A stretch of DNA of 64,000 nt from a virus, in IMG/VR virus record IMGVR_UViG_3300013117_000371. One strand, 5' to 3'. The notes under the pieces were generated by a model. The model saw nothing but the letters and a program-made list of their open reading frames with translations, made no database searches and was not told where the DNA came from. The position numbers and the translations under genes were made by a program. Position 1 is the stretch's first letter; each line of letters opens with the position of its first letter. This document shows, piece by piece, positions 27,510-38,300 of this stretch.

Positions 27510-28405
27510 GTGACCTCCACGGTTACCAAGGAGGCTACTTCGTCAATGGCGCCTTCCACCCCGAACAGCTGGGCGATGTTGGCGGAGATGACCGCCGTCC
27601 CCGCCCCCACCCCCTTGATGGTGATTATCCCGGCCCCCTTGGTCACGGTAGCCACCGAGTCGTCGCTGCTGACAAACTCCACACCTATGGTTTCCGCCGC
27701 TTCCGACAGTACCTGGTCAATCAAGGAGGAGTCCTCCGCTGGGTCGAGGACCAACCCACTCAAGTAGCGCTCCGTGTAGGCTACCTCTTCTTCATCCCCC
27801 ACCTCCAGGGACAACGTCGACGAGGCCATCAGGAGGGTATCCAATAACGGGAACAGGACGTCCTGCAAGGCTGCAGAGGCGGCGTCCGGAACTATGATTT
27901 CCCAGGAGGGGAGGCGATGCACGACCACCCGGTAACGCACCCCCCGAGGCAACTCCGCTATGGTTGGGACCGACGACTCGCAGCGAAGGACGGTGGAGAC
28001 CGGGAAGTGAATGTCGGTCAAGCTCGACTCCCGAAACCCGAACTCGTCGCCCTGCTGAAGCTCGAACACCATCTGGTCGCTGGACTGGTAAGTGACGTAC
28101 CCCCCGCAGAGGCACAGGTGAGGGTTGCTCACGGCGGGGAACACCACCTTGGTCACCGTTATCTCAAAATCATTGACGTCGGCGCCCACAGTCATAGCGT
28201 AGGGGGTGCTGGCTTCGTAGGCCCCGGTAGTAAGGAGGATACGTACGACGTAGTCCCCCTCCTCCAGCAGGAAGTCCGCCACGCCCAAGGCATCGGTGTC
28301 CTGGAAGGTGACCAATGCCCCACCTTGGAACACCGCCACTCGGGCAATCAACGCTATGAGGGCATCAAATTGGTCTTTTACGGTTACGGTTACGGCTTTG
28401 CTCAT
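27506..28405 (-). CDS. structural protein with C-terminal Ig-like (Big_2) domain
   Basis: FVSSDDSVATVTKGAGIITIKGVGAGTAVISA. Confidence 0.7.
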   Translation of the reverse strand: MSKAVTVTVKDQFDALIALIARVAVFQGGALVTFQDTDALGVADFLLEEGDYVVRILLTTGAYEASTPYAMTVGADVNDFEITVTKVVFPAVSNPHLCLCGGYVTYQSSDQMVFELQQGDEFGFRESSLTDIHFPVSTVLRCESSVPTIAELPRGVRYRVVVHRLPSWEIIVPDAASAALQDVLFPLLDTLLMASSTLSLEVGDEEEVAYTERYLSGLVLDPAEDSSLIDQVLSEAAETIGVEFVSSDDSVATVTKGAGIITIKGVGAGTAVISANIAQLFGVEGAIDEVASLVTVEVT

Positions 28406-29307
28406 GAAGTCCTCTCTGCGTCTGGGTAGACAGTGTCCTGGACGTCGAAGTAGTCGTTCTCCCCCAGGTAGTCGGAGAGGTTGAAATCCTCCGCTGGAAC
28501 AGTGAACCGACGCACGATGGAAGTGTTCTCCACCGAGACCTCCACTTCAATCCCAGGGACCAAGGCGATGGACGCCTCCCCTGTGGCCGACGTCTTGATC
28601 ACCGTCCGCCCCTCCAAAGCGATAAATTGCGCTGCCTCCACATGCTCAATGGGGGTCAAACAAGTGATGGCAATGTTCCGGAAAGCCACCGGGTCACCCC
28701 CCATGTCAACCAGGAAGGCGGACAGGGTAACCAAGCTCACCGGGGGGATGTAGCCTATGTTCGGGACCTCGATGTACGACCCGGTCACCTCGGACAGGTA
28801 CTCATCCTGGGTGCCGTCAATGTCAAGCTCGTGGTTGTTGGTGTCGAAAGTGGCGCCGCTCTTGTACAAGCTGAATCGGTACTGCCCGTCCTCCAACTGG
28901 AAGGTGACCTGCCCATCAGCGTTGGTAACGGCGTACGTGATCAACTCCCGCCCCCCGTCCACCCATTGGGAAATGATGACTGTAATGTCGGCCATCTCAA
29001 GCCCGTCCTCGTCGACCACTGAAATGATGACGTCGTGGAGATAATCCGCCGACTCGTAAATGTAGATCGACTGGGTGTCCGTAGCCACCGTCTCCCCACC
29101 CAGTTGCACGTTCCAGGTGGCTGCGTAGCTGCCGGCTTCATCGAGGATGAGGGACCGCAAATATACCCCTTGCAACGTTGGGTGTTCGGTGCACGCATAC
29201 TCCACCCCATCGACTGTCACCGTAACGGCCAACCCCGTGCGGTACTCGGGGTCCACGTAGGTCAAGGAGAGGGCTTTACCCATAATGCCTATTGTGGGAG
29301 CCAGCAT
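28402..29307 (-). CDS. structural protein with prealbumin/carboxypeptidase-regulatory-like beta-sandwich
   Basis: ISVVDEDG....DITV......TNADGQVTFQLEDGQYRFSLYKSG. Confidence 0.65.
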   Translation of the reverse strand: MLAPTIGIMGKALSLTYVDPEYRTGLAVTVTVDGVEYACTEHPTLQGVYLRSLILDEAGSYAATWNVQLGGETVATDTQSIYIYESADYLHDVIISVVDEDGLEMADITVIISQWVDGGRELITYAVTNADGQVTFQLEDGQYRFSLYKSGATFDTNNHELDIDGTQDEYLSEVTGSYIEVPNIGYIPPVSLVTLSAFLVDMGGDPVAFRNIAITCLTPIEHVEAAQFIALEGRTVIKTSATGEASIALVPGIEVEVSVENTSIVRRFTVPAEDFNLSDYLGENDYFDVQDTVYPDAERTS

Positions 29308-29481
29308 CTACTCCTCCGCTGTCTGCGCCTGGTCAATGAGGCCCTGCACTTCATCGTACTTATCCTCCCGGGCCAAAATGTGGTCAAGGGCGTCCTTCTC
29401 CGCCCGGACCCGTTCGAGCTCCAGCTCGGCCCACTCTTTCACCGCTGTAGCTACCGCTTTGGCCTCCTCAAGGCTTGGCAT
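29308..29481 (-). CDS. 57-aa acidic coiled-coil protein (below the ORF-track cutoff)
   Basis: MPSLEEAKAVATAVKEWAELELERVRAEKDALDHILAREDKYDEVQGLIDQAQTAEE*; AGGAGG upstream; abuts the next gene. Confidence 0.65.
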   Translation of the reverse strand: MPSLEEAKAVATAVKEWAELELERVRAEKDALDHILAREDKYDEVQGLIDQAQTAEE

Positions 29482-30421
29482 GTGCCTCTACCCTCCTGCG
29501 CAGCTTCTGCCGGTACCGGGAGACCTGGGAAGACGAAATCCCCAACCGCTGCGCTATGGCCGTGTTCTTGGCGTTTGGGTTTTTGTCCAGAAAGCGGTAC
29601 ACTGCCAGTTCGGTCCCTGTCAATTCCGGGGGCAGGAGGGACCAAACCTCCTTGACTCGGCTAGCCCGAGTCCCGTGTGGTACCTCTTCCTTGGTCTGCA
29701 TATGGACAGGCTTCACCTCCTTTTGGAGGAGGACCACATCCGTCTCCTTCACACGAGCTTGGCTGGCTATTTCTGCCGTTGTCGGCGCCCGCCCCAACCG
29801 ATTCTCAAGCACCCGCTCGGCTCTCCGAACTTTGCCTACTTGCTGGAGGCGTTGCTCCGGGACCCGCACCGGGGTAGCTCGCCGCAGCAGGGGGCGATGC
29901 GCTCCCTTGAGGGAGCCAACCACGAAAGTGGAAGCCCGCACTCCCCGACTGGGGTCGTACTTACGCAACGCTTTCAGTCCTGCCTTCATGAACTCGGCCT
30001 GGGGGATAACGGGCCCCCCTCTACTGGCGAAGTCCTGCGCCCTGCCGGCGACGACCTTACGCAGCTCGGCAATTACCGGGGGGAGGTAGCGCTTGTTGTG
30101 CTTCTTCTGTTGCCAGTTTGTGGTAGCCACAGTCAAAGGGTCCAAGGCCGCCGCCACCTTCTCCAAGGAGTCCTGAAAGCCAATCAGGACCGGGTCCACT
30201 AATTGGCCGCGTTCGCCGTCCCCGGCGATGACGAAGAGGGGTGTTTCCTGGTGCAGTGCCTGGAACCTGGCCAACTTCTGGAGTTCCTCACCCGCAACTG
30301 CGCAAGGAACTTCCCCCACTACTCTACCGTACCGGGTGTGCGCTACCATCAGGGTGGGGGAATCGCTCTCCTCGTCCCGTACACGGACTATGAACACTTG
30401 GCGCTTCTTCCTAACTCCCAT
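29468..30421 (-). CDS. phage sigma-70-family factor (regions 2-4) with ~90-aa N-terminal extension
   Basis: KYDPSRGVRASTF (2.3), PVRVP...LENRLGRAPTTAEIA (3.0), AIAQRLGISSSQVSR (4.2 HTH, SigF/SigB-like). Confidence 0.85.
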   Translation of the reverse strand: MGVRKKRQVFIVRVRDEESDSPTLMVAHTRYGRVVGEVPCAVAGEELQKLARFQALHQETPLFVIAGDGERGQLVDPVLIGFQDSLEKVAAALDPLTVATTNWQQKKHNKRYLPPVIAELRKVVAGRAQDFASRGGPVIPQAEFMKAGLKALRKYDPSRGVRASTFVVGSLKGAHRPLLRRATPVRVPEQRLQQVGKVRRAERVLENRLGRAPTTAEIASQARVKETDVVLLQKEVKPVHMQTKEEVPHGTRASRVKEVWSLLPPELTGTELAVYRFLDKNPNAKNTAIAQRLGISSSQVSRYRQKLRRRVEAHAKP

Positions 30422-30430
30422 GGCTTCCTC

Positions 30431-33400
30431 CTATCCGGTCAGGGCGCCTGTGTCGTCGCCCGTAGCGTGCAGGTCCTCTGCATCCACAGCAAACAAGTAG
30501 TTGTAGTGCTCCCTGGCGTGCGGTACATTCTCCACCATCCGCTTGATCGCTGTGAAGACCCGTGCCGCCCGAGGACCGCGGGGGTCAATGTCGCTGGTGT
30601 TGATCGTAGTCACCCCTTCAGGAATGAACACCTCCTCCTCCAATTGAAGCACACCGCCCAGCGCCGTCTCGTTAAGAGCAGCGTTGACCGCCGCTGCTAC
30701 GGCGCTCTTCTTGAACTTCCCGGTTATCCAGGAGTCCTCCTCAAGGGGGGAGTGTAGCACGTATGCGCTTGGGACGAAATTCACTTGCTCCGGGGGCTTG
30801 ATTATCGCCCGACGTTCCAAAGTAGGATTACGTAAGGCTTCGTCTTGCGCCATGAAGAAGGTCAAGATAATATCCATCTGTGAGTAGTCGGCCACGGCTT
30901 CGGCGCCCAGCCTCCTCGCTACTACATCGTACATGCTGTCCACGCCCCACAGGGGCTGGTACACCCTCTCCCCGATGGAGTCGTTGTTGTACATCGGGTC
31001 CAACCAAGGCGGCCGGCACAGCTGGTCCAGGGACATCTGGTGCTCACTCTGGGACACAGGAGAACCCGTGGGGGTGTCCATCAACGCCACCACTTCCTCA
31101 ACATTCGTCCTGAACAGGGCTGTTTGGGTCTCGTAAATGCGCTTCCTAAGGTCGGCGGCCCGTTCCAGCGACGAAGCGGCAGCAGCTTGCTCACGGGCGC
31201 CTTCTTCCGCACTGGTGCCGAAAATATCTATGCTGTACTTCTTCTTTATTTGGCTCAGCGGCCCCCCCTCAGGGTCGCCCCCCGTCCCAGCAACGCTGAT
31301 CTCAGTCAGGGCTTCTTGCGCCCGGACCGTGGCTGTCCCAGCTACTTGCGCCTGGTGCGCTTTGTTCCCCAAGGCAACCAATCGATCTTTCTTTTTTCTG
31401 TCCGTCTCTACCGCAGCTTTGGCTGTGGCCTCAGCATAAATGTCCTGAAGGACCGACAACGTCTCTTGCTGCGTATCGGGAGCCAACACCGTTCCTTTCT
31501 CAATGGACGCCACCAGCTTGTTACGACTCCCCCGCCACTTCGCCGCAGCAGAGGCGTACGGGTCCCGCTTGTACATCCTCAGGTAGACCCCGATGTCCCG
31601 CCACTCCTCGTATGAGCGTACGTGTGTCACGTGCGTGGTCATCCCTATTGTCTTGGGGGTGATTGCCAAGTCAATCTGCCTAATCTGCCCCACTACCAAG
31701 GAGTTGGTGACCTTGTCGTCGCTGACTGTGTTGCGGATTTCAATAGCCACCGGCAGTCCAGCAATGAAGCGGGGATAGAAGTCCCCCACCAAGGAAGCAG
31801 TGCGGATGCCGAAGTACTGAGTCATGAACGAGGCATGGGCCACTCGTTGGAGGAAGGGGAAGCCTCGAGAGAGGGGGGACTTATCCAACAACTCCTGCAA
31901 ATCCGGGGGGGCACCCAATCCGATACCTTCATACTTATCGTTCGTCGAAGTTCCGCTGCTGGCTTCGAACTCAGCCAACCCCAACGCCTGGGTAATGGGC
32001 AAAGCCACCGGCTGCGGGCCCATGAAAATCTCATGGGGGAGTAAAGTGTACTTCCCCTTCAAGGTATCCTCGAGAATTCTCTTGCCCTGGTTGCCTTGAA
32101 GGTTGGGAGCCACCACCATGGTTTTCCCCTGGGAGCGGATGTACACTCCTTCAAACCCCACCTTCGGGCCGATGAGGAGCAACCGGGTAGGCTCGGCAGA
32201 GTAGTTCCTCCCGGAGGTAAACGAGGTGTACATGGACTCCATGAACAGATTGCACGCCGGAGGGATTCCGAACCACAAGTCGGGGAGGAGGATCTCCTCG
32301 TGGTACCTGTCAACGAGCTCCACTGTCCTTTTGAACGTCCCGGAGGGGGCGCCATGCCCAATGAACGACAGCCACTTCTTGAGGTCGGCAATGGCCTTCT
32401 TGACCCGCCCCAGGGTTAAGTTCCATGCCGCTCGGTTGTCCTTTGCGAAAAGCACCTTGTCCGTACCCGAATAAGGCAGGGACTCATTCCACCTATGCAG
32501 GTCAGTAACGACGTGGGACAAGCTGCTCCTGACTTCCGCCGTCAGCGAGTGCAACCGGTCTGTTTGGGACTTCCGTTGGGCCTTCAACTTGGCGTCGTAG
32601 GTCTCCCCCGCCGGCGTCGTGGGATTTAACGCTACCATCCCGGAGAGGTACTGAGCAGTCAAGGTGTGGAGGGCGGTGTAAAGGAACACCTGTATGTCTG
32701 AAACTGTGGACATCTTCCCGCTGAGGTCCCACGCCAGGAAGATGTCGTGGGCCCTCTGCTTGATCATTTCCTTGCGTAAGGCCTCAAGGAAAGCCACGAA
32801 GTCCTGGTACTTCTGGAGGCCCTTCAGTCCTTTGTAGGCAGTTACGGTCTTTTGGACCTCACGAGCGGGGGTATACTTTGAGGCGCAGGAGACCACTGAT
32901 TGGTAATGGAGCCGCCGCAACAACGCCTGCTTGAGGGCGGCGTACGACAACGGCTGCTCCCCCCGAAACCCTTTCAGAAGTTTCTTCAAGAACTTCTTGG
33001 TGGACGGTAGGCGCATCAGCCTCTCTATTGTAGTGTCTCCTTCCGGAGCCACAATGCGCTGAAGTAAGTTCAACCGGTACTCAGCCATGCCGATGAAGTT
33101 GTCCATAGGTCGCAGGCGCTTTTTCCCCTTCTGGATGCCGGTGAACAACTCCATCAAGTGGATGAGGCCGCCCAACACCCCGTCCAAGTTTTGCGTAATC
33201 GGCCGGGTGAACAGCGCCTGCTGCACCGTCTCGTACTCGGGGATGGTGATGCCTCCGGAGAACGAGGCATACTTCTCCCCGACCTTGGTAGCAGTTTGTT
33301 TGAGCTCTGTGTCGTTCTCCTCCCGGTAGTCCCGGGACCGCTGAGAGAGGATATTCAGTAGCATCTTGGCCTGGTAGGACTGAGACGACGCACAACTGAG

Positions 33401-33679
33401 CACGGAAGAGCCTGCCCCCTGCGTGGCGTAGAACCGGTAGCCCATCATCTCCCCTTCGAAGGCCACAATGCCGTCCGGGTATTCCAGGGAGTCGTAGTAG
33501 TACAGCTGAATGTACGACCGGCCCAGGAAGCGGGGGTCTCCCCCAGTCACCAACTGGATCTGCATGGCCAAGGGGGCGCCAGTGGCGGTGGCGTATACCC
33601 CTCGGGCTGAGACCATGGGGAACTCCACGCCCTCTACAAAACATTTGACTTCTTGCCGTTTTGCTGCATGCAGTGCCAT
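30431..33679 (-). CDS. baseplate hub / tail-associated protein (about 1082 aa)
   Basis: Two genes downstream of the tape measure region; KCFVEGVEFP N-terminus; FIAGLPVAI...GQIRQI....T hub-like C-terminal motif; ATG at 33679 follows GGGAAAG (track start 33862 overlaps the upstream gene). Confidence 0.55.
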   Translation of the reverse strand: MALHAAKRQEVKCFVEGVEFPMVSARGVYATATGAPLAMQIQLVTGGDPRFLGRSYIQLYYYDSLEYPDGIVAFEGEMMGYRFYATQGAGSSVLSCASSQSYQAKMLLNILSQRSRDYREENDTELKQTATKVGEKYASFSGGITIPEYETVQQALFTRPITQNLDGVLGGLIHLMELFTGIQKGKKRLRPMDNFIGMAEYRLNLLQRIVAPEGDTTIERLMRLPSTKKFLKKLLKGFRGEQPLSYAALKQALLRRLHYQSVVSCASKYTPAREVQKTVTAYKGLKGLQKYQDFVAFLEALRKEMIKQRAHDIFLAWDLSGKMSTVSDIQVFLYTALHTLTAQYLSGMVALNPTTPAGETYDAKLKAQRKSQTDRLHSLTAEVRSSLSHVVTDLHRWNESLPYSGTDKVLFAKDNRAAWNLTLGRVKKAIADLKKWLSFIGHGAPSGTFKRTVELVDRYHEEILLPDLWFGIPPACNLFMESMYTSFTSGRNYSAEPTRLLLIGPKVGFEGVYIRSQGKTMVVAPNLQGNQGKRILEDTLKGKYTLLPHEIFMGPQPVALPITQALGLAEFEASSGTSTNDKYEGIGLGAPPDLQELLDKSPLSRGFPFLQRVAHASFMTQYFGIRTASLVGDFYPRFIAGLPVAIEIRNTVSDDKVTNSLVVGQIRQIDLAITPKTIGMTTHVTHVRSYEEWRDIGVYLRMYKRDPYASAAAKWRGSRNKLVASIEKGTVLAPDTQQETLSVLQDIYAEATAKAAVETDRKKKDRLVALGNKAHQAQVAGTATVRAQEALTEISVAGTGGDPEGGPLSQIKKKYSIDIFGTSAEEGAREQAAAASSLERAADLRKRIYETQTALFRTNVEEVVALMDTPTGSPVSQSEHQMSLDQLCRPPWLDPMYNNDSIGERVYQPLWGVDSMYDVVARRLGAEAVADYSQMDIILTFFMAQDEALRNPTLERRAIIKPPEQVNFVPSAYVLHSPLEEDSWITGKFKKSAVAAAVNAALNETALGGVLQLEEEVFIPEGVTTINTSDIDPRGPRAARVFTAIKRMVENVPHAREHYNYLFAVDAEDLHATGDDTGALTG

Positions 33680-33686
33680 CTTTCCC

Positions 33687-35153
33687 CTACGCAGGAGCTG
33701 ACGGAGTGTTCTGAGTTGCTCCCCAAGCCGGGCCGGAAGCCCCACTGGTGCTCGCTTGGGTAGTGCTGGCCCCACTCCCCCACCCAGCGGCGGTCTTGTT
33801 TTTCCGCTTCGCCCCGTAGTACTGCCGTTGGCTCCAGGCCCCCATGCCGATAGTGGCCCCACCCCATGACTTCACCGCCTTCCCTGACATCAACTTGTTG
33901 TCCAGTGTCACCGCAGAGGTACTTTGAAGCACGTTCTGCGACATGCCCGTGAAGGTGTAAAGGGCAGTCCCCCAGTCCTCTCGGAACAAACTGGTCACCA
34001 TTTTCTTGGCCATGCCGTTTTCCAGCATGGCATTCACCATGCCCGAAAAGGGCGTGCCCTGCGCCCCTGAGAGCAGCCCAGCCTCGAGCGCCCCGGACCC
34101 CAGATTGCCTAATGCCGAAGCGATGACTCCCCCGTCCCCACTGGCAAGGGCTTGCACGAGCACCATGGCTTTCTGTGGGTCCGCAACGTAGTCCTTGATG
34201 CCCTTCCAGAACTTCTTCAAGAAGGTCTCCTCTTCCGCCTTTTTCAAGTCCTTGTCGTCTTGAACCCACCCCACGTAGTTCCGCCAGTAAGCTCGGTATT
34301 CCGGTGGGAGATCCTTTTGCACCTCCGCCGAGGTCAGGTACCTGGTTGTGAACTGGCGAAAGTCGGCGTCCACGTAGTAGGACTCGGTCAAGTTCAGCTG
34401 GCTGATGTTCTGCTCGTACATCACTGCGGCATGGTAGAACTGCAAACACAGGAATTGGAACGTGAGTGAGGGGCCCCCCTCCATTTCTATGGTTTTCTGG
34501 ATCGAGTCCGAGATGATGTAACCCACGTAGATCAACCCGTCCACGCGAATCTCGAGAATTTTGCTGTTGGCTGCCAACCATCGGGGATTGAGGTACCGCC
34601 CGTTCCGGTAGTTGTTCCAAGCCTTCTCCCACTCGAAGTCCAAGGCATTGAGAATTTTGCAGGAGAAGGCCACCATGATGGGTGCTGAAGAACGGAAATT
34701 GGCGAAGACGTTGGCTGGGAAGGTTGAGTACACCTCGTGCAGGTCTGTTCGTTGGTACGCGATCCCCTGTACGGAGAAGTCCCGGGAGAGGAACTCTCGT
34801 TCGAACTTCCCGTCCGTGGCAAACATACTCCGTATGTAGATGGCCGCTATATCCTGCACGGGGCGGATACGGGTGCCGTACCGGGGTCGGATATACAGCG
34901 ACGACTGTGAAAACGGGGAGGTGATCCCCATGTTCTTCCGGGAGGCCCCGTCGCCTCCATATTGAGAAATTGCGGCTGCTCCTTTGGCTTTAGCGGCGCC
35001 GGGCTTGGGAACTACATCCCCGGTGAGCTTGGCGCCCACCGGCCCTCGCCCCAACCCCCCGTACCGGGGACCCTGAAAAGAGGCAGCGTCCGCATCAGTC
35101 TGCACTGAGGACTCGTACATCGTTACGCCGTAGTCCAGCTTCTTCAGGGCCAT
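33687..35153 (-). CDS. tail tube-initiator / distal-tail-like protein
   Basis: FSVQGIAYQR....EVYSTF...F.....P....FS.KILN..DFEW pattern; downstream of the tape measure. Confidence 0.5.
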   Translation of the reverse strand: MALKKLDYGVTMYESSVQTDADAASFQGPRYGGLGRGPVGAKLTGDVVPKPGAAKAKGAAAISQYGGDGASRKNMGITSPFSQSSLYIRPRYGTRIRPVQDIAAIYIRSMFATDGKFEREFLSRDFSVQGIAYQRTDLHEVYSTFPANVFANFRSSAPIMVAFSCKILNALDFEWEKAWNNYRNGRYLNPRWLAANSKILEIRVDGLIYVGYIISDSIQKTIEMEGGPSLTFQFLCLQFYHAAVMYEQNISQLNLTESYYVDADFRQFTTRYLTSAEVQKDLPPEYRAYWRNYVGWVQDDKDLKKAEEETFLKKFWKGIKDYVADPQKAMVLVQALASGDGGVIASALGNLGSGALEAGLLSGAQGTPFSGMVNAMLENGMAKKMVTSLFREDWGTALYTFTGMSQNVLQSTSAVTLDNKLMSGKAVKSWGGATIGMGAWSQRQYYGAKRKNKTAAGWGSGASTTQASTSGASGPAWGATQNTPSAPA

Positions 35154-35155
35154 AT

Positions 35156-35362
35156 TCAGTACTCCATCATCACTTCCCAGGTTGCCTCTTCCAGTAGAGG
35201 ATACCCGATTTCACCTGTTCTTCGCTCAAAGATGACAGCCTTCATCAGGAGGGTAAGAAAATCTTCCGGTTCCATGTAGGCCTTGTCGGTGAACGTCATC
35301 GTCACCCCGAAATTTTGCAGGGCGAAAGAGCTGGGAGCACCGGCTGTGTTCATCACCTGCAT
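35156..35362 (-). CDS. small hypothetical protein
   Basis: 68 aa, TGATG-coupled to the tape measure stop. Confidence 0.55.
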   Translation of the reverse strand: MQVMNTAGAPSSFALQNFGVTMTFTDKAYMEPEDFLTLLMKAVIFERRTGEIGYPLLEEATWEVMMEY

Positions 35363-38300
35363 CAGTGGCCGGCCCCCTCTGCGTCTTGGTTGTCTTTACT
35401 GGGAGCTCCCCCCAAAGAGATGTGGAGACCCCCGCCTCTGCCCCCCGCCTTCAACGCTGCGGCCAACTCCTTCCCCAGCGATTCCATCCCCGCCTGGGAC
35501 ATGGTGAATTGAGCAGTCCCGTCCTTGAAGAGGTCGATGAGCTTCCCCTTCTCAGCTTCGGAGCTCTCCAACATAGCAATCAACTTGCCGAGGTCCCCCA
35601 CTTCCCCCTGCTCTCCGGCCACCCCCGCACCCATGGGGTGCCGAGTGAACTTGCGCAAGGCGGCCGCCACCGAACGAGCCTGCTTGCGCTGCTCATCGCT
35701 GGTCTTGGCCCCCATGGCCTTGATCATCATCCCGGCAATTTCGTGGGCCTTTGTAAGGCCCTCTCCGCGGGACCCCTCGAAGCGGTATGACTTCTGTAAC
35801 TCCTCAGCGATCTTCGCCTGGACCGTCCAAAGCCTCCCTCCGCCCTTCATGACGTCCCGTTCCCACTTCTTGAGGTCACCCCATACAGCCATACCGGCCA
35901 TCCCCTCAAACCTCTCCAGCACGGCCTTTGGTTTCCGTCGCCGAGTCCACCCGGTCTCAATGGCGAGCATCTGGTTGGTGTACCTCCCAAACTGAGCACT
36001 GAGCAGGGGGTCGGACGCGAAGATCCGGGAGAGCTCCTCCAACTCCGACGCTCCCGCTTGGTCAATTTGCGCCAGGACGTCCTGGGACAAGCTCTTCGTC
36101 AGGGCCTCTTTTCCCGCGCTGAGAGCAGCGGGGAACTCATCTATGTACTTCTCCAGGGCGCCCCGGATGTTCCCGGCCGGGAGGATGTATCGCAGCTGAT
36201 CCCTCATCTTATTTTTCTTCCACCTCTCCTTGATGGTCCCTGCCTGCTCATACCAGCGGTCTTCCACCTTGTAGTACTCAGCGACCTTCCCCAGTTCGGC
36301 CAGCCCGTGCAATCGCGAAGCTCTCAGGCCGGCAGTTCCCCGAACCATGCCCCCGTACTGGGGGTCCCCCTCGAACAGGGGGCTCATCACCCCCCGGGTG
36401 ACCTCTTTAGTAGTGTACATCGCCATCTCTTTCATCATTGCCCGATAGGTGCGGTCGTCCACCGGCTTCCCAGCTACTTCGGCCCCCTTCATCCGCATGA
36501 TCTCGTCACCCAGGGCCGACAGTTTACGCCGGAACCCGGAACGGGAGATAGCCAACGGGTCCCACGCCTTTTTGATTTGCTGCTCCAGGGCATGCTCGCC
36601 AACACTGCCTCGGCTCCCCCGACGGGCTTTGCTGGGGTCGACAACGAGAGACATTTCCTGCAACATCCCCCGAGCGAGGGCCTCCCGGGTGAATCCCCGG
36701 GCACCCACTATCTCTTCAGCAGTTATCCCTTCCGGGGCTCCCAGCTTGCGCATCGTGGCGTGGTAGGTGTCGGCTTTGGTGGGGGGAGCGCCGGTCCCAC
36801 GCCTGAAGCCCTGCCCGAACTGAGCGGCCGCATGTCCCTTAAGGCTCTGCGCCCATCTAGGCAAGTCCGGAATGTCCGTGAGGTCCTGGGCGGGGGCGTA
36901 CCCCGAGGGGGCCTGTAGCTTGCCTCCGGAGAGGAGTTCCAGCTTCTCAAAAGCCTCCCAGTGCGCTGCTTTCCAGTCGGGGGTGCCTGCCAACGTCTGT
37001 GCTAACTTGATCATCTGAGGAGACCCTTCCAAGTACCCCTTCATTCGAGACATTGCGCCCGCATTGCCCGCTCGAGCGTCGACCAGGAACTGCTTGATGA
37101 CGTCATGATCACTGCGAGACATAGCGATGTCCTGGTACAGTATCACCTCAGCGGAAGAATGGTATACATCCACACCCAAATCTCGCGAAGTACGGGCCAG
37201 TTCTTGGTCGCTGACCCGTCGGTGAGATATGGCAACTTCCTGATCAACCGCTGCCGTTCTTGCTGCAACTCCGGCCTCCTTGGTGAATCCCCCCAACCAC
37301 CACGGCGGCTTCCCCGCTGTAGCGGGGGGCGCTATGGTGCCCATTCCCCGCACTGCGTTCTTGACTTTCTGGAATGAGTCGTCGTCGTCAGAGAAAGCGT
37401 AGTAGGTTTCGCCTCCTACCGCGAACTTCTGCATTCCCTCCATCTCCCCCGGGCGTGCTATGTCCAAACCCTGCATAAGCGTTTCCCTGAAATCCTGCCC
37501 CCCTATCAACTCGCCGGGGGACAACAACGCCGAGTAGGCAGCCATCTTGGCATAGTCGGTAAACCCGGCCCGCCGCAATCCCACCTTTCTCCCGGATAGG
37601 TTGAACTGGCCCAAGAAGCCCGAAACATCTTCGTCCGCCTGCCTGAGGTTATACCCAGTCCTTGACATTTGGGCGATGACCGCCTCCATTCCGGACCTGG
37701 AGCCGAGGGCCTCCTCAAATGCAGCGTGCCGCTGGTGGTAGGCGTACAGATCCGCAGCCGTCGTGAGCCCCACGGCGGCGACGCCTCCCCACTTGAGCAA
37801 CCCCCGCCCAAGGGCCATAGCTCCGCCACCTACTCCCATCCCCGCCTTCCCCATGCCGAGGCCCATCTTCCCGACGTCCAATGCCGTACCCACTACGGGG
37901 AGCTTCCCCGCCCCCCTGAGCACTGCCCTACCCCCTCGGTACGCCCCAGTCCCCTTTGCCCACTTCCCGACTTCTCCCATCCCACCACGAAGGCTGGCCC
38001 CGATACCGCCTCCTCCGTACCTGGAGCCTTGCAGGAAGGGGGCCAAAATTCCCCGCTCGCCCGCCAACCCTCGGAAGGCCCATTGCCCACCTTTAGCTGC
38101 CCGAGCGCCTCCGCCCATGAACCGACCGCCTTTGAAGTAACGCATGGGCGTAAGCCCCCGACCGACAACTGCCCCTGCCCGCCCAAAGGCGCCCCGTACC
38201 GCCCTCCCGTACACAGGATGAGCCCCTAGTGCCCCCACTCGCCCCAACCCCGACCCGGCCCACTCTCCCACGTCCCCCCCGACCGCGCCCCCGGCAAAGC

